From assembly GCA_016193315.1 (NCBI GenBank), contig JACPSJ010000005.1:68-64067 (forward strand): a stretch of DNA of 64,000 bases. The letters are read 5' to 3'. This DNA comes from Candidatus Kerfeldbacteria bacterium (GTDB lineage Bacteria; Patescibacteriota; Patescibacteriia; SBBC01; CAIJZX01). The position numbers and the translations under genes were made by a program. The notes below the pieces were generated by a model. The model did not search any database. It was not told the DNA's origin and saw only the letters and a list, made by a program, of their open reading frames with translations. Below are positions 29,513-39,850 of the stretch, one piece after another; within the stretch, counting starts at the first letter, position 1; each line of letters starts with the position of its first letter.

Positions 29513-29523
29513 CATGACTGGAC

Positions 29524-29964
29524 TTGTTCCTTAGCCAACAATTTCCATCACCTAACAGCGCTTTTCCGCTTATGAAGCAATTGAAACAACTGGCCAAGCT
29601 GGCCCTGTTTGGCAGCTTGATCGGCACCTGGTTTTTTCCTATCGCCTCGCACGCTCAGGGAGCGGCCACAACCTTTAGTATTGAATCGGTCGGGGAACTG
29701 ATCGGGCTCGGCGAAGCTGATCTCAGAGAAGTAGTCATTAACGTTATTCGTTTCGTCCTCGGGTTCATGACCTTAGTGGCGGTGGTTTTCATTATCTACG
29801 GCGGGTTTGTCTGGCTAACCGCCGGCGGCAACGAGGATCGAATCGAGAAAGCAAAGAAAATAATTTCCGCCGCCGTCATTGGCTTGATCGTAATCCTGCT
29901 GGCCTGGGCGATCGTCATCTTCGTCGCTCGGACCACGGCCGACGTCACCGGCAACACACTCTAG
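29524..29964 (+). CDS. TrbC/VirB2-like pilin
   Basis: FIIYGGFVWLTAGGNEDRIEKAKKIISAAVIGLIVILLAWAIVIFVARTTADVT. Confidence 0.6.
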   Translation: MFLSQQFPSPNSAFPLMKQLKQLAKLALFGSLIGTWFFPIASHAQGAATTFSIESVGELIGLGEADLREVVINVIRFVLGFMTLVAVVFIIYGGFVWLTAGGNEDRIEKAKKIISAAVIGLIVILLAWAIVIFVARTTADVTGNTL

Positions 29965-30012
29965 CCTCATTTTTGACTATTCTGATCCGATCATCCGAAA
30001 GGGGGTGATACC

Positions 30013-30384
30013 ATGAAGAAATTTGCCAAATACGCGTTGATCGCCGGCTCACTGGGCACGGCTTTGCTGCCGATGGTTGCCCACGGTCAAGCTACAACTT
30101 TCAGTGTCGAATCACTTGGTGAACAGATCGGCTTGGGCAGCGCTGACCTGAAAGAGACGGTCATCAACATCCTCCAACTCGTCCTTGGCTTGCTGGCCCT
30201 GATTGCCGTCATCATGATCATCATTGGTGGCTTTACTTGGTTGACCGCCGGTGGAAATGAAGAAAAGGTTGATAAGGCCAAGAAGATTATCTCGGCCGCC
30301 GTCATCGGCCTGATCATCGTCTTGCTGGCCTGGGCGATTGTCATCTTCGTCGCTCGGACCACGGCTGACGTCACCCAGACGTAG
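30013..30384 (+). CDS. TrbC/VirB2-like pilin (tandem paralog)
   Basis: C-terminal 40 aa nearly identical to 29524-29964 product. Confidence 0.6.
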   Translation: MKKFAKYALIAGSLGTALLPMVAHGQATTFSVESLGEQIGLGSADLKETVINILQLVLGLLALIAVIMIIIGGFTWLTAGGNEEKVDKAKKIISAAVIGLIIVLLAWAIVIFVARTTADVTQT

Positions 30385-30480
30385 GAGGAAACTTCCTGAT
30401 TGCGTAAACTCACCCGCCCCGACGCTTGCGAGCGTCGGGGCGGGGTTGTATTCGCAAACAAATGCGGTACGATAAACGGC

Positions 30481-32415
30481 ATGGACCGACGTTCTTGGTG
30501 GTTCGTTGGCGGTGGTGTCGTGCTATTCTCGCTCATCATCGGCTCCCTGCAGTACGTCAAATTCCGAGACTTCGGCTACAACGGACTCGATCTCGGAATT
30601 TACACCCAGACGATCTGGTCGTTGAGCCAGGGATACGGTTTCGCTTCCTCGATCCACGATCCAACGTACCTTGGTGATCACCTGGAATTGTGGCTGGTGC
30701 CGCTCGCTCAGCTCTACCGGTGGTGGCCGTCACCGCTGCTCATTCTTTGGGCCCAAACACTATTGCTAGCCTCCGCGGCCATTCCCATCGCCTTGCTCGC
30801 TCGTCGCCTACTCGGACCGCGGGTAGCAATCTGGAGTGCCTGGCTGTTTCTCGCCCACCCATTGCTTTACAATGCCGCTCTCTACGAGTTCCACGGCCTC
30901 AGCTTCGCCTTGCCGATCCTTGTTTGGTCCATCGTTGCCTACCACGACCGTCGTTACCGCTGGTGGCTCGCTCTTCTCATTCTGCTGCTTTTCGTTCGTG
31001 AGGACATGCCGTTGCTGGTGGCCGGCTGGGCCTTGTTGGCCGCCATCGAACGTCGCGGGTCGCGGTGGTGGCTGCCACCCCTGGTGCTCGCTGGCCTATG
31101 GTGGTGGGCCGCCAATACGATCATCGGCCAGGCGCAACCACTCGGCCACTACAAGTTCTTGGCCTTCTACCGTTGGCTCGGCGACAGCTACGGCCAGATG
31201 ATAACTTTCCCTTTTCGCCACCCGTTGGTTTTTTTGTCGCACCTCTTCCAGGTCAGGAACTGGCTAACGACCGTCGGCTTCCTCGTCGCCTTCGGCTTCT
31301 TACCGCTCTGGCGACCGCGTCGACTCTGGCCACTGCTGTTAGTCTTCCTACAATTGCTGCTGATCGGCGCCGAAGCAGAATCGATCCTCCGTCTCCACTA
31401 TGTCATCCCCTACCTGCCGTTCTTGATCTGGGCCACGCTCGAGGCGGTCCGCGACCGGCATCAACTGGTTGGCTTCGTTCGGTTCGGCCGCTCGGTGGCA
31501 ACCACGTTAGTGACGATTGTCGCCGTCAGCGGCCCCCTCTACGCCCATCTCCTCTTTGGCCCGGCCGAGTGGCCATGGAAGCCTCGATCCGACCAGGGCT
31601 TAACCGAACCGGCGGTCTTGGGCACGTTCTTGCCGGCCATTAAGGCGGGCGATCGCGTTCTGACCACCTTCAATCTTCTCCCCCATCTCGCCAATCGATC
31701 AACCATTTATTCGCTCAACTACGTTCACCTCGGCCGACGGCAATATTCCGAGGTTCCCTACCGCCTACCAGGACCCATTGACGTGGCCCTCATCGATTGG
31801 CAACAGTATTATCACTACCAATTCTTGTACCAACGCACATTCTATCGCGGCCTCACCGGCCCGCAACGATTCGAACGCTTACTAGCTGATCAAGGGTTGC
31901 GCTTGGCAGCGTGGGTTGACAGCGTCGCCTTGTACGCTCGCGATGGGCGGGACGCGTTCCAACCAACCGCCAAGCTGGCGGTCGGGGAAACGGAAATATC
32001 GGGCGATCGGATACGATTGTTGCGGCCGCCCCAGGTCACCGGTCTCACCAACTCTCCCTTTCATCAGCCAGGCCGAAAAGGGTTCCTGGTTGAACTGGCT
32101 TGGCAAAACGGTCGGAAACTATCCCGGCCGCTGTCAATCCGTTTCCGCCTCAGCCGCGGCGATCGGGTCGTGTGGTCAAGCACCCGTCTGCTCGGCCAAG
32201 GCACGCCGCCCTCAAATGAATGGCGAGCCGGGGAGGCCTGGTTGACGCGGCATCGTCTGGTGACACCAAAAAACGTGCGCGGGCGCCTTCATTTGACGGC
32301 CGAAGTTGTCGCCCTCGAGGGCCGGGTCCGTCTCAACCGCTGGCGGCAGTTCACGCCGGTCATCAGTCAAGAGCGGGTTTACGATCGCGTGCCGATCGGC
32401 TCAATTGAATTATAG
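30481..32415 (+). CDS. DUF2079-like polytopic membrane protein
   Basis: YNGLDLGIYTQTIWSLSQG N-terminal signature; many TM helices. Confidence 0.55.
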   Translation: MDRRSWWFVGGGVVLFSLIIGSLQYVKFRDFGYNGLDLGIYTQTIWSLSQGYGFASSIHDPTYLGDHLELWLVPLAQLYRWWPSPLLILWAQTLLLASAAIPIALLARRLLGPRVAIWSAWLFLAHPLLYNAALYEFHGLSFALPILVWSIVAYHDRRYRWWLALLILLLFVREDMPLLVAGWALLAAIERRGSRWWLPPLVLAGLWWWAANTIIGQAQPLGHYKFLAFYRWLGDSYGQMITFPFRHPLVFLSHLFQVRNWLTTVGFLVAFGFLPLWRPRRLWPLLLVFLQLLLIGAEAESILRLHYVIPYLPFLIWATLEAVRDRHQLVGFVRFGRSVATTLVTIVAVSGPLYAHLLFGPAEWPWKPRSDQGLTEPAVLGTFLPAIKAGDRVLTTFNLLPHLANRSTIYSLNYVHLGRRQYSEVPYRLPGPIDVALIDWQQYYHYQFLYQRTFYRGLTGPQRFERLLADQGLRLAAWVDSVALYARDGRDAFQPTAKLAVGETEISGDRIRLLRPPQVTGLTNSPFHQPGRKGFLVELAWQNGRKLSRPLSIRFRLSRGDRVVWSSTRLLGQGTPPSNEWRAGEAWLTRHRLVTPKNVRGRLHLTAEVVALEGRVRLNRWRQFTPVISQERVYDRVPIGSIEL

Positions 32416-34008
32416 CTGAAAGAGTCGAACGTCATCTTTTTGGAATACCAGCTGCCAACGCTGATCTGTTTCGGGCCGATAGCCGCCTGGCAACTTATCC
32501 TTCGCCCGCCAGAAAAGCAAGTTAATTCGTAACCGGCGCAACATCTCGGTCCGCTCGGCCGGCGCCAGGCTGTCCGTTCGCCAGGCCTCCCAGTCACGCA
32601 GTCGTCCCTGGAGATCAATAGTTTGGTGACCGTGACCGAGGGCGACGGTCCGTCCGCTGACTCCCGGAATCGTGTTGCCCATCCACACCTCCGACCAGAC
32701 CACGTCCGTTGGTCGGCTATGCGCCTTGAGCCAGAGCATGGCTTCGTATTCGGCGCGGCTGATCCTGGCCGGGTAGTGCGGCTTAGCGTCCGGAAAAACC
32801 TGCGCCGCATCAAGGGCCAGCGAGCGTAGGTTAGAGAGCGCCAGAACGGCGATCATCACACTGACCACGGTCCAGCGAACTACTGCTGGCCGCAATCGCT
32901 GGCTCATCATCACCAGCCCCCAGCCGGCCAATAGGCTGATCGGAAGATGCAAACCGTTGAGCAGGCGGCGCTGAAAAGTCAGGCCGGGCAGATAAATAAC
33001 CGCTAATCCCACCATCGCCCAGATGAAAAACAGCGTCAGCACACTCGGTCGCCGATGGCGGTCGGCCAGAAGGCCAATCGCGGCTAGGGGCCACAATAAA
33101 CCGAAGGCTAAGAAAACAAGATGTGGCGGGGACGTCGTATCGACATTTTGCCGCAGCCAACCGGCCATCGCCGGTTCTCGCAGAACGACCACGAGGTAGT
33201 AGACGACGACCGGCAGGACCCAGACCAGCCACTGAAGGCCAGCCACGACCATCTCCCGCCATCGTTCACCTGGCCAACGACCGCTTGCGGTCAGCCACAG
33301 AAAACTGGCGACTAAGACCGCCACGACGGTGAATAGATCGTAGGGATGGATCAGGGCCAGCAGGCCGAGCGCCGGACCGATCCATCGTTTACCACGCGAT
33401 ACTTGCCCGGCCCAGAGCAGCCAGCCTTGCCAGAGAATAAAAAGCAGCAAGGCTTGCGAGCCGATGAACAGCGCGGAGTGCCCGATTGACAGGAACGTGT
33501 TGCTCTCCGCCACCCACAGATCGACCGGCGTGCTGTTCAGCTGAACATCGCCGCGCCAGTCGGCCCGCGTCAGCCACCCAAGCCCTGAACTGGTGACCAC
33601 CACTGCCAGCACTAACCACCGGCCGGCCGGACGCAGCGAGACCGTCATCAGGATCCGGTAGAGAAGAAGCACAAACGCCCACGCCGCCAGGAGGCGAGCG
33701 GCCTGATATGCCGCTGGGGTCGACCAAGAGGTCAGCGCCCCTAACCAGCCAGTGAACAACCACAGCGGATGGAAGAGTGTCGGTCGTTGCGGTTCGCTGG
33801 TGAACTGATTACTCACTAACACTCCTCCTTGCCGGGCTTGTTCGATGTCGGAGTAATAGGCGGTCGTGTCGGCCCCGGTGATCGGCACCCTGGCGACGTA
33901 GACCTGATCCGCCGGCGTGCTCAACCAGCCGACCCACAGCGGCAGCCCGCTTACCCCCCACAACGCCAGTGCGACCAGGCCGATGGTCAGATGTTCGGTC
34001 CGGGTCAT
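32410..34008 (-). CDS. GT-C-like polytopic membrane protein
   Basis: ~14 TM helices; part of five-gene co-directional overlapping operon. Confidence 0.5.
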   Translation of the reverse strand: MTRTEHLTIGLVALALWGVSGLPLWVGWLSTPADQVYVARVPITGADTTAYYSDIEQARQGGVLVSNQFTSEPQRPTLFHPLWLFTGWLGALTSWSTPAAYQAARLLAAWAFVLLLYRILMTVSLRPAGRWLVLAVVVTSSGLGWLTRADWRGDVQLNSTPVDLWVAESNTFLSIGHSALFIGSQALLLFILWQGWLLWAGQVSRGKRWIGPALGLLALIHPYDLFTVVAVLVASFLWLTASGRWPGERWREMVVAGLQWLVWVLPVVVYYLVVVLREPAMAGWLRQNVDTTSPPHLVFLAFGLLWPLAAIGLLADRHRRPSVLTLFFIWAMVGLAVIYLPGLTFQRRLLNGLHLPISLLAGWGLVMMSQRLRPAVVRWTVVSVMIAVLALSNLRSLALDAAQVFPDAKPHYPARISRAEYEAMLWLKAHSRPTDVVWSEVWMGNTIPGVSGRTVALGHGHQTIDLQGRLRDWEAWRTDSLAPAERTEMLRRLRINLLFWRAKDKLPGGYRPETDQRWQLVFQKDDVRLFQL

Positions 34009-35603
34009 GGACAGTCGCTTAGACGGTACAGTGCCATTGTCGGGCCGGACCAGAATCGCTCCAGATCTGGCCACTGAGCAGCTTGAAAGTTTGTTCCGTA
34101 GGCTCGTTCCCGCGGTCCGTCGAGAACAAAACAGATGTGGCGGCCACGAAGAAACTGTCGCTCTTCTGTTTGGTCCATCGACTGGTAGAATTGCCGCAGT
34201 TGTTTCAGTTTGTCGTTGAATCTGACGGTCTCGATGCCGTGACCGATATACACTGGTTGGGCGGCCAGCGCGGCGATCGCTTGACTGTTGGTGACGCTGG
34301 CTAGGACCGCGCCCTGGCGGCGTTCGAGCGGCCTAATCGAGCTGATAAGCGACCGAAGTTCTGGCGAATGGTAGGAGAGGTATTGAGCGCCCGCCCGAAG
34401 CTCGTTTAGATACCCACTTACTATCGCCCCGATCACTCGGGCTCCCGAAAAACTCATGATCACCACAAACAAACCAATGATTGGCCACCGCAGGAATTGG
34501 GGGTGGGTGTGCGTCCACTCCCAAGCTCTAGCTACGGCTGGCACGGCCAGGGCGGCGACAAACATAAACATGCCCTGGCTCAGTCGACGCTGAAACGGTA
34601 ACGGCAGGTAGATGGCGATGACATAGGCCGCCAGGATGGTTATCAGCCAGCGCCACCGCCAATCCGTGGAACGCAGCCGCCACAGACCTACAGCGGCCGC
34701 CCCTCCCACCAGCCCCACCAGGACAAATGTGTTCGGCCATGACCACGTGGTGGTGATGTTTTGGGCGGCCCGGGCCACTGTCAGCGGGTCAAACAGGCGC
34801 TGGAGACCGAACAAAATCAGCATTGGCGAGGCCATGAACAGCACGGCTAGCCATCCGAGCACATAGCGCCAGGGGAATTTTCGACTCCTGGCCCAATGAA
34901 CCGCCGTTAGCAAGAGCCAGGCGACCAACCAGGTGAAAATGTGGAACGGGTGCAGGCTGAGGACGCCCGCGGCCACCAGGCCAGCCCAACCAATGAACGA
35001 CCACCTTCGTTCAGCCCAAAAACGTTCGACCGAAACCAGCATAAACACCAGGCCGGCGGTAATGAGGATGAAGTGCGGGCTGGATAATAGCGTCAGCGAT
35101 GGCAGCGCCTCCGCCACCCATAGATCGGGCGCGGTTGTCAATATTACCGGCTGCTGGCCGAGCGTCAGCCAACCGCCAATGCCGCCGCCGAAAAGTGCCA
35201 GCACCAACCCGACCCGCCGATCAAGCGGGCGGCGGAATATCCACTTCATCGCCGACCATAAACTCAACACCAGGATCGGAACTGCCAACCAACGCGCCAG
35301 TATATACGCCGTCGGGGTACTCGCCCCGAACAACGCTGCCAACCGACCCACTAACCACCACAGCGGCTGCCACAGAGTGGCCCGGTGCGGCTCGCTGGTG
35401 AACGCATCATACATGAACGGGCTACCGTGGCGGCCCTGCTCGATATAGCTGTAATAGACGCCTGGGTCACTCGGGTTGAGCGCCGAGTTACCGTAGAATT
35501 CGTACCCTCGTGGCGTCAGCGCCCAACCGATCAGGAACGGAACGATCGACCAAGCCAGGGCGACGAACGTCACCGCCCACCAGAATCTACGATCGCTGCT
35601 CAT
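34005..35603 (-). CDS. GT-C-like polytopic membrane protein
   Basis: Polytopic; stop/start overlap with neighbours. Confidence 0.5.
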   Translation of the reverse strand: MSSDRRFWWAVTFVALAWSIVPFLIGWALTPRGYEFYGNSALNPSDPGVYYSYIEQGRHGSPFMYDAFTSEPHRATLWQPLWWLVGRLAALFGASTPTAYILARWLAVPILVLSLWSAMKWIFRRPLDRRVGLVLALFGGGIGGWLTLGQQPVILTTAPDLWVAEALPSLTLLSSPHFILITAGLVFMLVSVERFWAERRWSFIGWAGLVAAGVLSLHPFHIFTWLVAWLLLTAVHWARSRKFPWRYVLGWLAVLFMASPMLILFGLQRLFDPLTVARAAQNITTTWSWPNTFVLVGLVGGAAAVGLWRLRSTDWRWRWLITILAAYVIAIYLPLPFQRRLSQGMFMFVAALAVPAVARAWEWTHTHPQFLRWPIIGLFVVIMSFSGARVIGAIVSGYLNELRAGAQYLSYHSPELRSLISSIRPLERRQGAVLASVTNSQAIAALAAQPVYIGHGIETVRFNDKLKQLRQFYQSMDQTEERQFLRGRHICFVLDGPRERAYGTNFQAAQWPDLERFWSGPTMALYRLSDCP

Positions 35604-36873
35604 GGTCCGCGAGCACGAAGGCGGCGGCGCCCAGCCAGACGAGGGAAGACAGATAATTGTCGAAAACGAATCGACTGGTCAACGACAGGCCGAACGTTAC
35701 CATCACCGTTCCGAACAGCAACTGGCTAAGGGTGGGGTTTTTCTGCAACCACCGCATCATCAGCGCCAGCATAACAAGCCCGACGCTGACCTGAACGACG
35801 GTGCTGGGAATTGGACCCCAGGCGTTGTGGACGGGATCAAGGATAACTTTTAGTTGCCAGAGCGTGCTGCCGCCGATCGGGTACGATAGCGGAATGTTCC
35901 CTGACACATAACGGATAAGATCGTCATACAGGGCGGGTGCGTTCCACACCAAGAATGGTCCATAGATGACCGCCGCGGTAATCGCCGTCACCGCCATCGA
36001 TCGCCAGAGGGCCCGGCGCTGCGTCTGATCGACCATGCGGCTCTGCAACCACAACCACCACGCCCACAGCGGCGCGGCGGCCCAGACGAGTTGCTTCGCC
36101 CCGAGCGCCAGGCCGAATGCTAAACCAGCCCAACCCCACTGTCGACGAGCCGCTAACGCCACAGCGAGAAGCACCAGCCCGATCGCCAGCGCGTCATTAT
36201 AGCCGGCCACCGGGTATAAGAAGATAAATGGGTTACCGAGGGTCAGAATCGTCCATAACGATCGGCTGCGCCAGGTGGGCAGGAGACGGACAATGGCGAT
36301 CACGCCAACGAACAGCGCGATGACATAGACCATTTGGACCTCTGGTACCGTGCCGATGTTCTTGGCCATCAACACCATTGGCACGGCGACTAGAAACGTC
36401 AACGGCGGATAGGCGTAGTGCGTCTTCGGCGAACTGCTGGCGGGAAGAGAGTCTCCGGTCACGTTATCGAGAATCGTTCCGACGTAACTAACGGCATACG
36501 GATTTTTGCCGGCCAGCAGAAGTTCAGCGGCCGCTTCGGTCTGCAACGCCCCATCGTGCGTGACGTGCCATGGCTGGTGAGTGGCGCGAACGACGGCGTG
36601 CCGTGCGCTCGTGCCAATCACCATGACGGCGGCCAAAACAAATATGGTCCAAAACCGCCGTCGTTCTGAACGAGGCCCGGGCTGTCTGGCCATGATAACC
36701 AGCACGATAAACCCCCCGATGGCCACCAGGTCGTAGAAATACTGCAACAACGGCACCGACCAGTGGAGGAGCATGCTCCCATTGAGGATGTAGTAATCGA
36801 GACCAGGGGCATAGAACAGCCGGCCAGCGACGAGGCCGAAGACAAGGAAGAGGATGGCTTCAAGCGTGATCAT
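35587..36873 (-). CDS. DUF2029/GT87-like membrane glycosyltransferase candidate
   Basis: KNPYAVSY...YAYPPLTFL...ALGAKQLVWAAAPLWAWWLW; start at MITLEAILF assumed. Confidence 0.5.
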   Translation of the reverse strand: MITLEAILFLVFGLVAGRLFYAPGLDYYILNGSMLLHWSVPLLQYFYDLVAIGGFIVLVIMARQPGPRSERRRFWTIFVLAAVMVIGTSARHAVVRATHQPWHVTHDGALQTEAAAELLLAGKNPYAVSYVGTILDNVTGDSLPASSSPKTHYAYPPLTFLVAVPMVLMAKNIGTVPEVQMVYVIALFVGVIAIVRLLPTWRSRSLWTILTLGNPFIFLYPVAGYNDALAIGLVLLAVALAARRQWGWAGLAFGLALGAKQLVWAAAPLWAWWLWLQSRMVDQTQRRALWRSMAVTAITAAVIYGPFLVWNAPALYDDLIRYVSGNIPLSYPIGGSTLWQLKVILDPVHNAWGPIPSTVVQVSVGLVMLALMMRWLQKNPTLSQLLFGTVMVTFGLSLTSRFVFDNYLSSLVWLGAAAFVLADHEQRS

Positions 36874-38216
36874 AGATCGGACGATTCCGGTCGGGCCGGC
36901 GGCTTGAACGCATAGGCGGCCACCCCTAAGAGGATTAAAGTGGTCAGGTAATTGTTGTTGAAGTATCGACTGACCAGCAGGATCGACAGGCTGAGAACCA
37001 CGACGGCGGTCAGAAATCGCTCGGCCCCCGGACGTTGCCACAACCAACGGCTGGCCAATACCAAGACCGGTAGCCCAACGATCAATTGGAAAAGGTGGGT
37101 TGGCAGGACGGTCCACGGCGACTGGACCAGGCCCCAAACCCGAAGATACTGCAGCGCCGTGCTGCCGGAAATGGGATAGGAAAAGGGAATCGCCCCGGAA
37201 GCGTAACGAACAATGTCATCGTAGAGCGCGGCTCCGTTCCAGACGACAAATGGAACGAAGATAATCGCCACGCCGGTCAACGTGCCGGTCAAACCGAGTT
37301 TCCAGCTTTGCCTGTCGCCTCGGCGTCGTCGCGCCCAGAGCCACACCAGCCAAAGTGGCAGTGCCACCCAAGCGCTTTGCTTGGCCGCTAGCGCCAGGGC
37401 GACCGATATACCAGCCAGCCTCCACCGCTGGCGCTCGCCAGCCCAGGCAGCTACGACCAGGCCCAGGGCGGGCACAACGTCATTATATCCAACGAGGACG
37501 TAGAGCCAGACAAAGGGGTTCAGCCCGCCCAACACAAGCGTGGTTGTTCTGATCTGCCAATTGCCGGTCATAACCACGAGGAGGGAGGTGATGACCAAAA
37601 AAGCCAATCCGTAGACGAGGCGGACGTCCGGAACCAAGCCTAGTCCGTCGGCCAGTAACGTCCATGGAGCCTGGAGGAGAAAGGTAAGCGGCGGATAGAT
37701 GTAGTGTGACCAGACGACGTTGACCGTTGGGCCACCGGGGATTGATGGATTGACGTCGGCATATGGTGTGCCGCGATAGTCAGCTTCATATGGGTTGCCG
37801 CCACCCAAGATTGCTTTCGCCGCCACCTCGGTGTGAACTGCTCCGTCGTGGATGCCGACCGGCAATCCGGACGGACCACGCACTGACAACTGCCTACTGA
37901 AAGCGAAAATTAAGACTAGCAGCGTCGCGCCGCTGGCGATCCAGAATCTATGCCGTGGCGCACGCTCGTTATTTTTCCCGCCGACGACGACCATCGCCAA
38001 GAAACCGGCGTAGATAATCAGGTAGAAAACCAGTGTCCCGCCCGTTAACGGCAAGTATGGAGCGATAAAATTCGTGCTCAGTAGGCTGGCGGCGGCAAAG
38101 CCGAAGATGAGAAACAGTAAGCTATCGACAGTCACCCCGTTAGAGCGATCGATGGCGTGGTCTGGAGTGGCTAGGTGCTCAATGGCGCCTGATGGCTTTC
38201 GCTCTAACGGGGTCAT
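36870..38216 (-). CDS. DUF2029/GT87-like membrane glycosyltransferase candidate (paralog)
   Basis: GGNPYEADY...YIYPPLTFL...ALAAKQSAWVALPLWLVWLW paralogous to previous. Confidence 0.5.
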   Translation of the reverse strand: MTPLERKPSGAIEHLATPDHAIDRSNGVTVDSLLFLIFGFAAASLLSTNFIAPYLPLTGGTLVFYLIIYAGFLAMVVVGGKNNERAPRHRFWIASGATLLVLIFAFSRQLSVRGPSGLPVGIHDGAVHTEVAAKAILGGGNPYEADYRGTPYADVNPSIPGGPTVNVVWSHYIYPPLTFLLQAPWTLLADGLGLVPDVRLVYGLAFLVITSLLVVMTGNWQIRTTTLVLGGLNPFVWLYVLVGYNDVVPALGLVVAAWAGERQRWRLAGISVALALAAKQSAWVALPLWLVWLWARRRRGDRQSWKLGLTGTLTGVAIIFVPFVVWNGAALYDDIVRYASGAIPFSYPISGSTALQYLRVWGLVQSPWTVLPTHLFQLIVGLPVLVLASRWLWQRPGAERFLTAVVVLSLSILLVSRYFNNNYLTTLILLGVAAYAFKPPARPESSDL

Positions 38217-39850
38217 GAGCTTTTGTGTACCGCCTCGTATATTGCCGCTTCGTCGTCACGGTAACGGAGAATGAAACGCCCGTCCTGGCGGACAAGATCC
38301 TCCATTCCTTGATGATCGCCGGCGATGAAGACGTACGCGCTGGCGAGCTTCATGGTCACCGCCTCGTACAGATCGCCCCGGTACTTGCCGAGGGTGATAT
38401 CAACCCACGTCCAATAGCGTTGATGGTCGGCTTGATAGAGAAACGTCGGATCGAGACCGGCGATGTAGGTATTGTGACTGTTGTGGTAGAAAAGTAGCGG
38501 GAACTCGTCCCAATCCGAGTGGACCACCCGGCTGCCGGCTGGGGTATGGTTGGCTAGCCAGTTGGCGGCCGCCACGTATTGACTGGCTCGGAATCCTTGA
38601 CGCAGATCCTGCCAGTTGCCGTAGGCGTCACGCCCCCCGAGGTAGCCGAGGCCAACCAGACCCAGTGTCACGACGAATGAGATCAGGGCGCGTCCCCACC
38701 ACCGCTGTCGCCAAAAGTAGTACAGCTCGCTACCCACCAAGTGGCCAAAGCGGCCTTTCAGCGTATCCGTCAGGCTGTAGGCGGCGAAGAGCAGCGCCGT
38801 GGGAACATAGTACTCGACATACCGCCGAGACTTGAGGGTTAGCACAAAGAAGAAAGCGGCTAGCAGTCCAAGCGTCAACGCTTGCTTCGTTTGGGCTCGA
38901 AACCGGACCAGCACGCCAGCCAGCGCCAACAGCACTACCAGTGATGTCAACGCCGTGTTGCCCACCAGATCATTGAATCCGTACGGATACCACTCGCCGC
39001 CGACGCCAATCACATCGCGAAAGTTGATAACGCCGATGCTGATCAACTGGTGAGAGTAAAAAGGGAAGTTGACGGGAAAATAGGGGTTGATGACCAAGCC
39101 AGCGAGCGTCCCACCGATGACGGTCATGATCAGACGGAGGTTTAGACGCTTGACTCGGTGGGTTCGAGAATGACGGCTGACCAGCGCCAGAATCTTCTGC
39201 GTCCAGCGGTGCGGGTTGATCCGGCTAATAAAACGATTGTGGAGGGTGCTGACGCCAGCGTAGATCGCGGTCCCGACCGTCAACAGGGGAAATCCGCCGT
39301 AGTACCAGACATAGGTAAAAGCTAGACCGAAGAGTCGGCGCAGGTGGTATTGCCAAGCCCAGCCCAGGCCGATGAAGAGGAAGACGAGTGAGGTGCTCGG
39401 CGCTTTAGCCAACGAGATGCGAAAAGCGAACGGTCGAGTCAGCACGAGAATGAGAACGAACGCGAGTGCCCAGCGTACGCCATGCTGCCGCATCAGCCAA
39501 TAGACGACGGTGGCTAAGAGGGCACCGAAAAACACGGTGGCCAGTTTGATCCCAATCAGCGGCGGCAGCCAGGTGACGAAGGGGATAAGCGCCACGTGGT
39601 AGAGGAAGTGCTGATCAGTATACTGTGCCCCAAGCACGGTCAGGCCCAGCCAGGAAAAATCGTGGATCGCCCCTTGATCGCGGATGAGGATCGCCATTTT
39701 GGCGTGGTAGAACGAGTCGGGGTCAGCAAAGATCGGGCTGGCTTGGAGTGCCAGGAAGAAAGCAAACGTCACGACAAAAACGAATAGATACGACAGCCAC
39801 CACCACTCGGCTCGGAGGTGTGAGCCCCAGTCATCTCGCGAGCGCGTCAT
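38213..39850 (-). CDS. GT-C-like polytopic membrane protein
   Basis: DPDSFYHAKM loop motif after first TM; many TM helices. Confidence 0.5.
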   Translation of the reverse strand: MTRSRDDWGSHLRAEWWWLSYLFVFVVTFAFFLALQASPIFADPDSFYHAKMAILIRDQGAIHDFSWLGLTVLGAQYTDQHFLYHVALIPFVTWLPPLIGIKLATVFFGALLATVVYWLMRQHGVRWALAFVLILVLTRPFAFRISLAKAPSTSLVFLFIGLGWAWQYHLRRLFGLAFTYVWYYGGFPLLTVGTAIYAGVSTLHNRFISRINPHRWTQKILALVSRHSRTHRVKRLNLRLIMTVIGGTLAGLVINPYFPVNFPFYSHQLISIGVINFRDVIGVGGEWYPYGFNDLVGNTALTSLVVLLALAGVLVRFRAQTKQALTLGLLAAFFFVLTLKSRRYVEYYVPTALLFAAYSLTDTLKGRFGHLVGSELYYFWRQRWWGRALISFVVTLGLVGLGYLGGRDAYGNWQDLRQGFRASQYVAAANWLANHTPAGSRVVHSDWDEFPLLFYHNSHNTYIAGLDPTFLYQADHQRYWTWVDITLGKYRGDLYEAVTMKLASAYVFIAGDHQGMEDLVRQDGRFILRYRDDEAAIYEAVHKSS

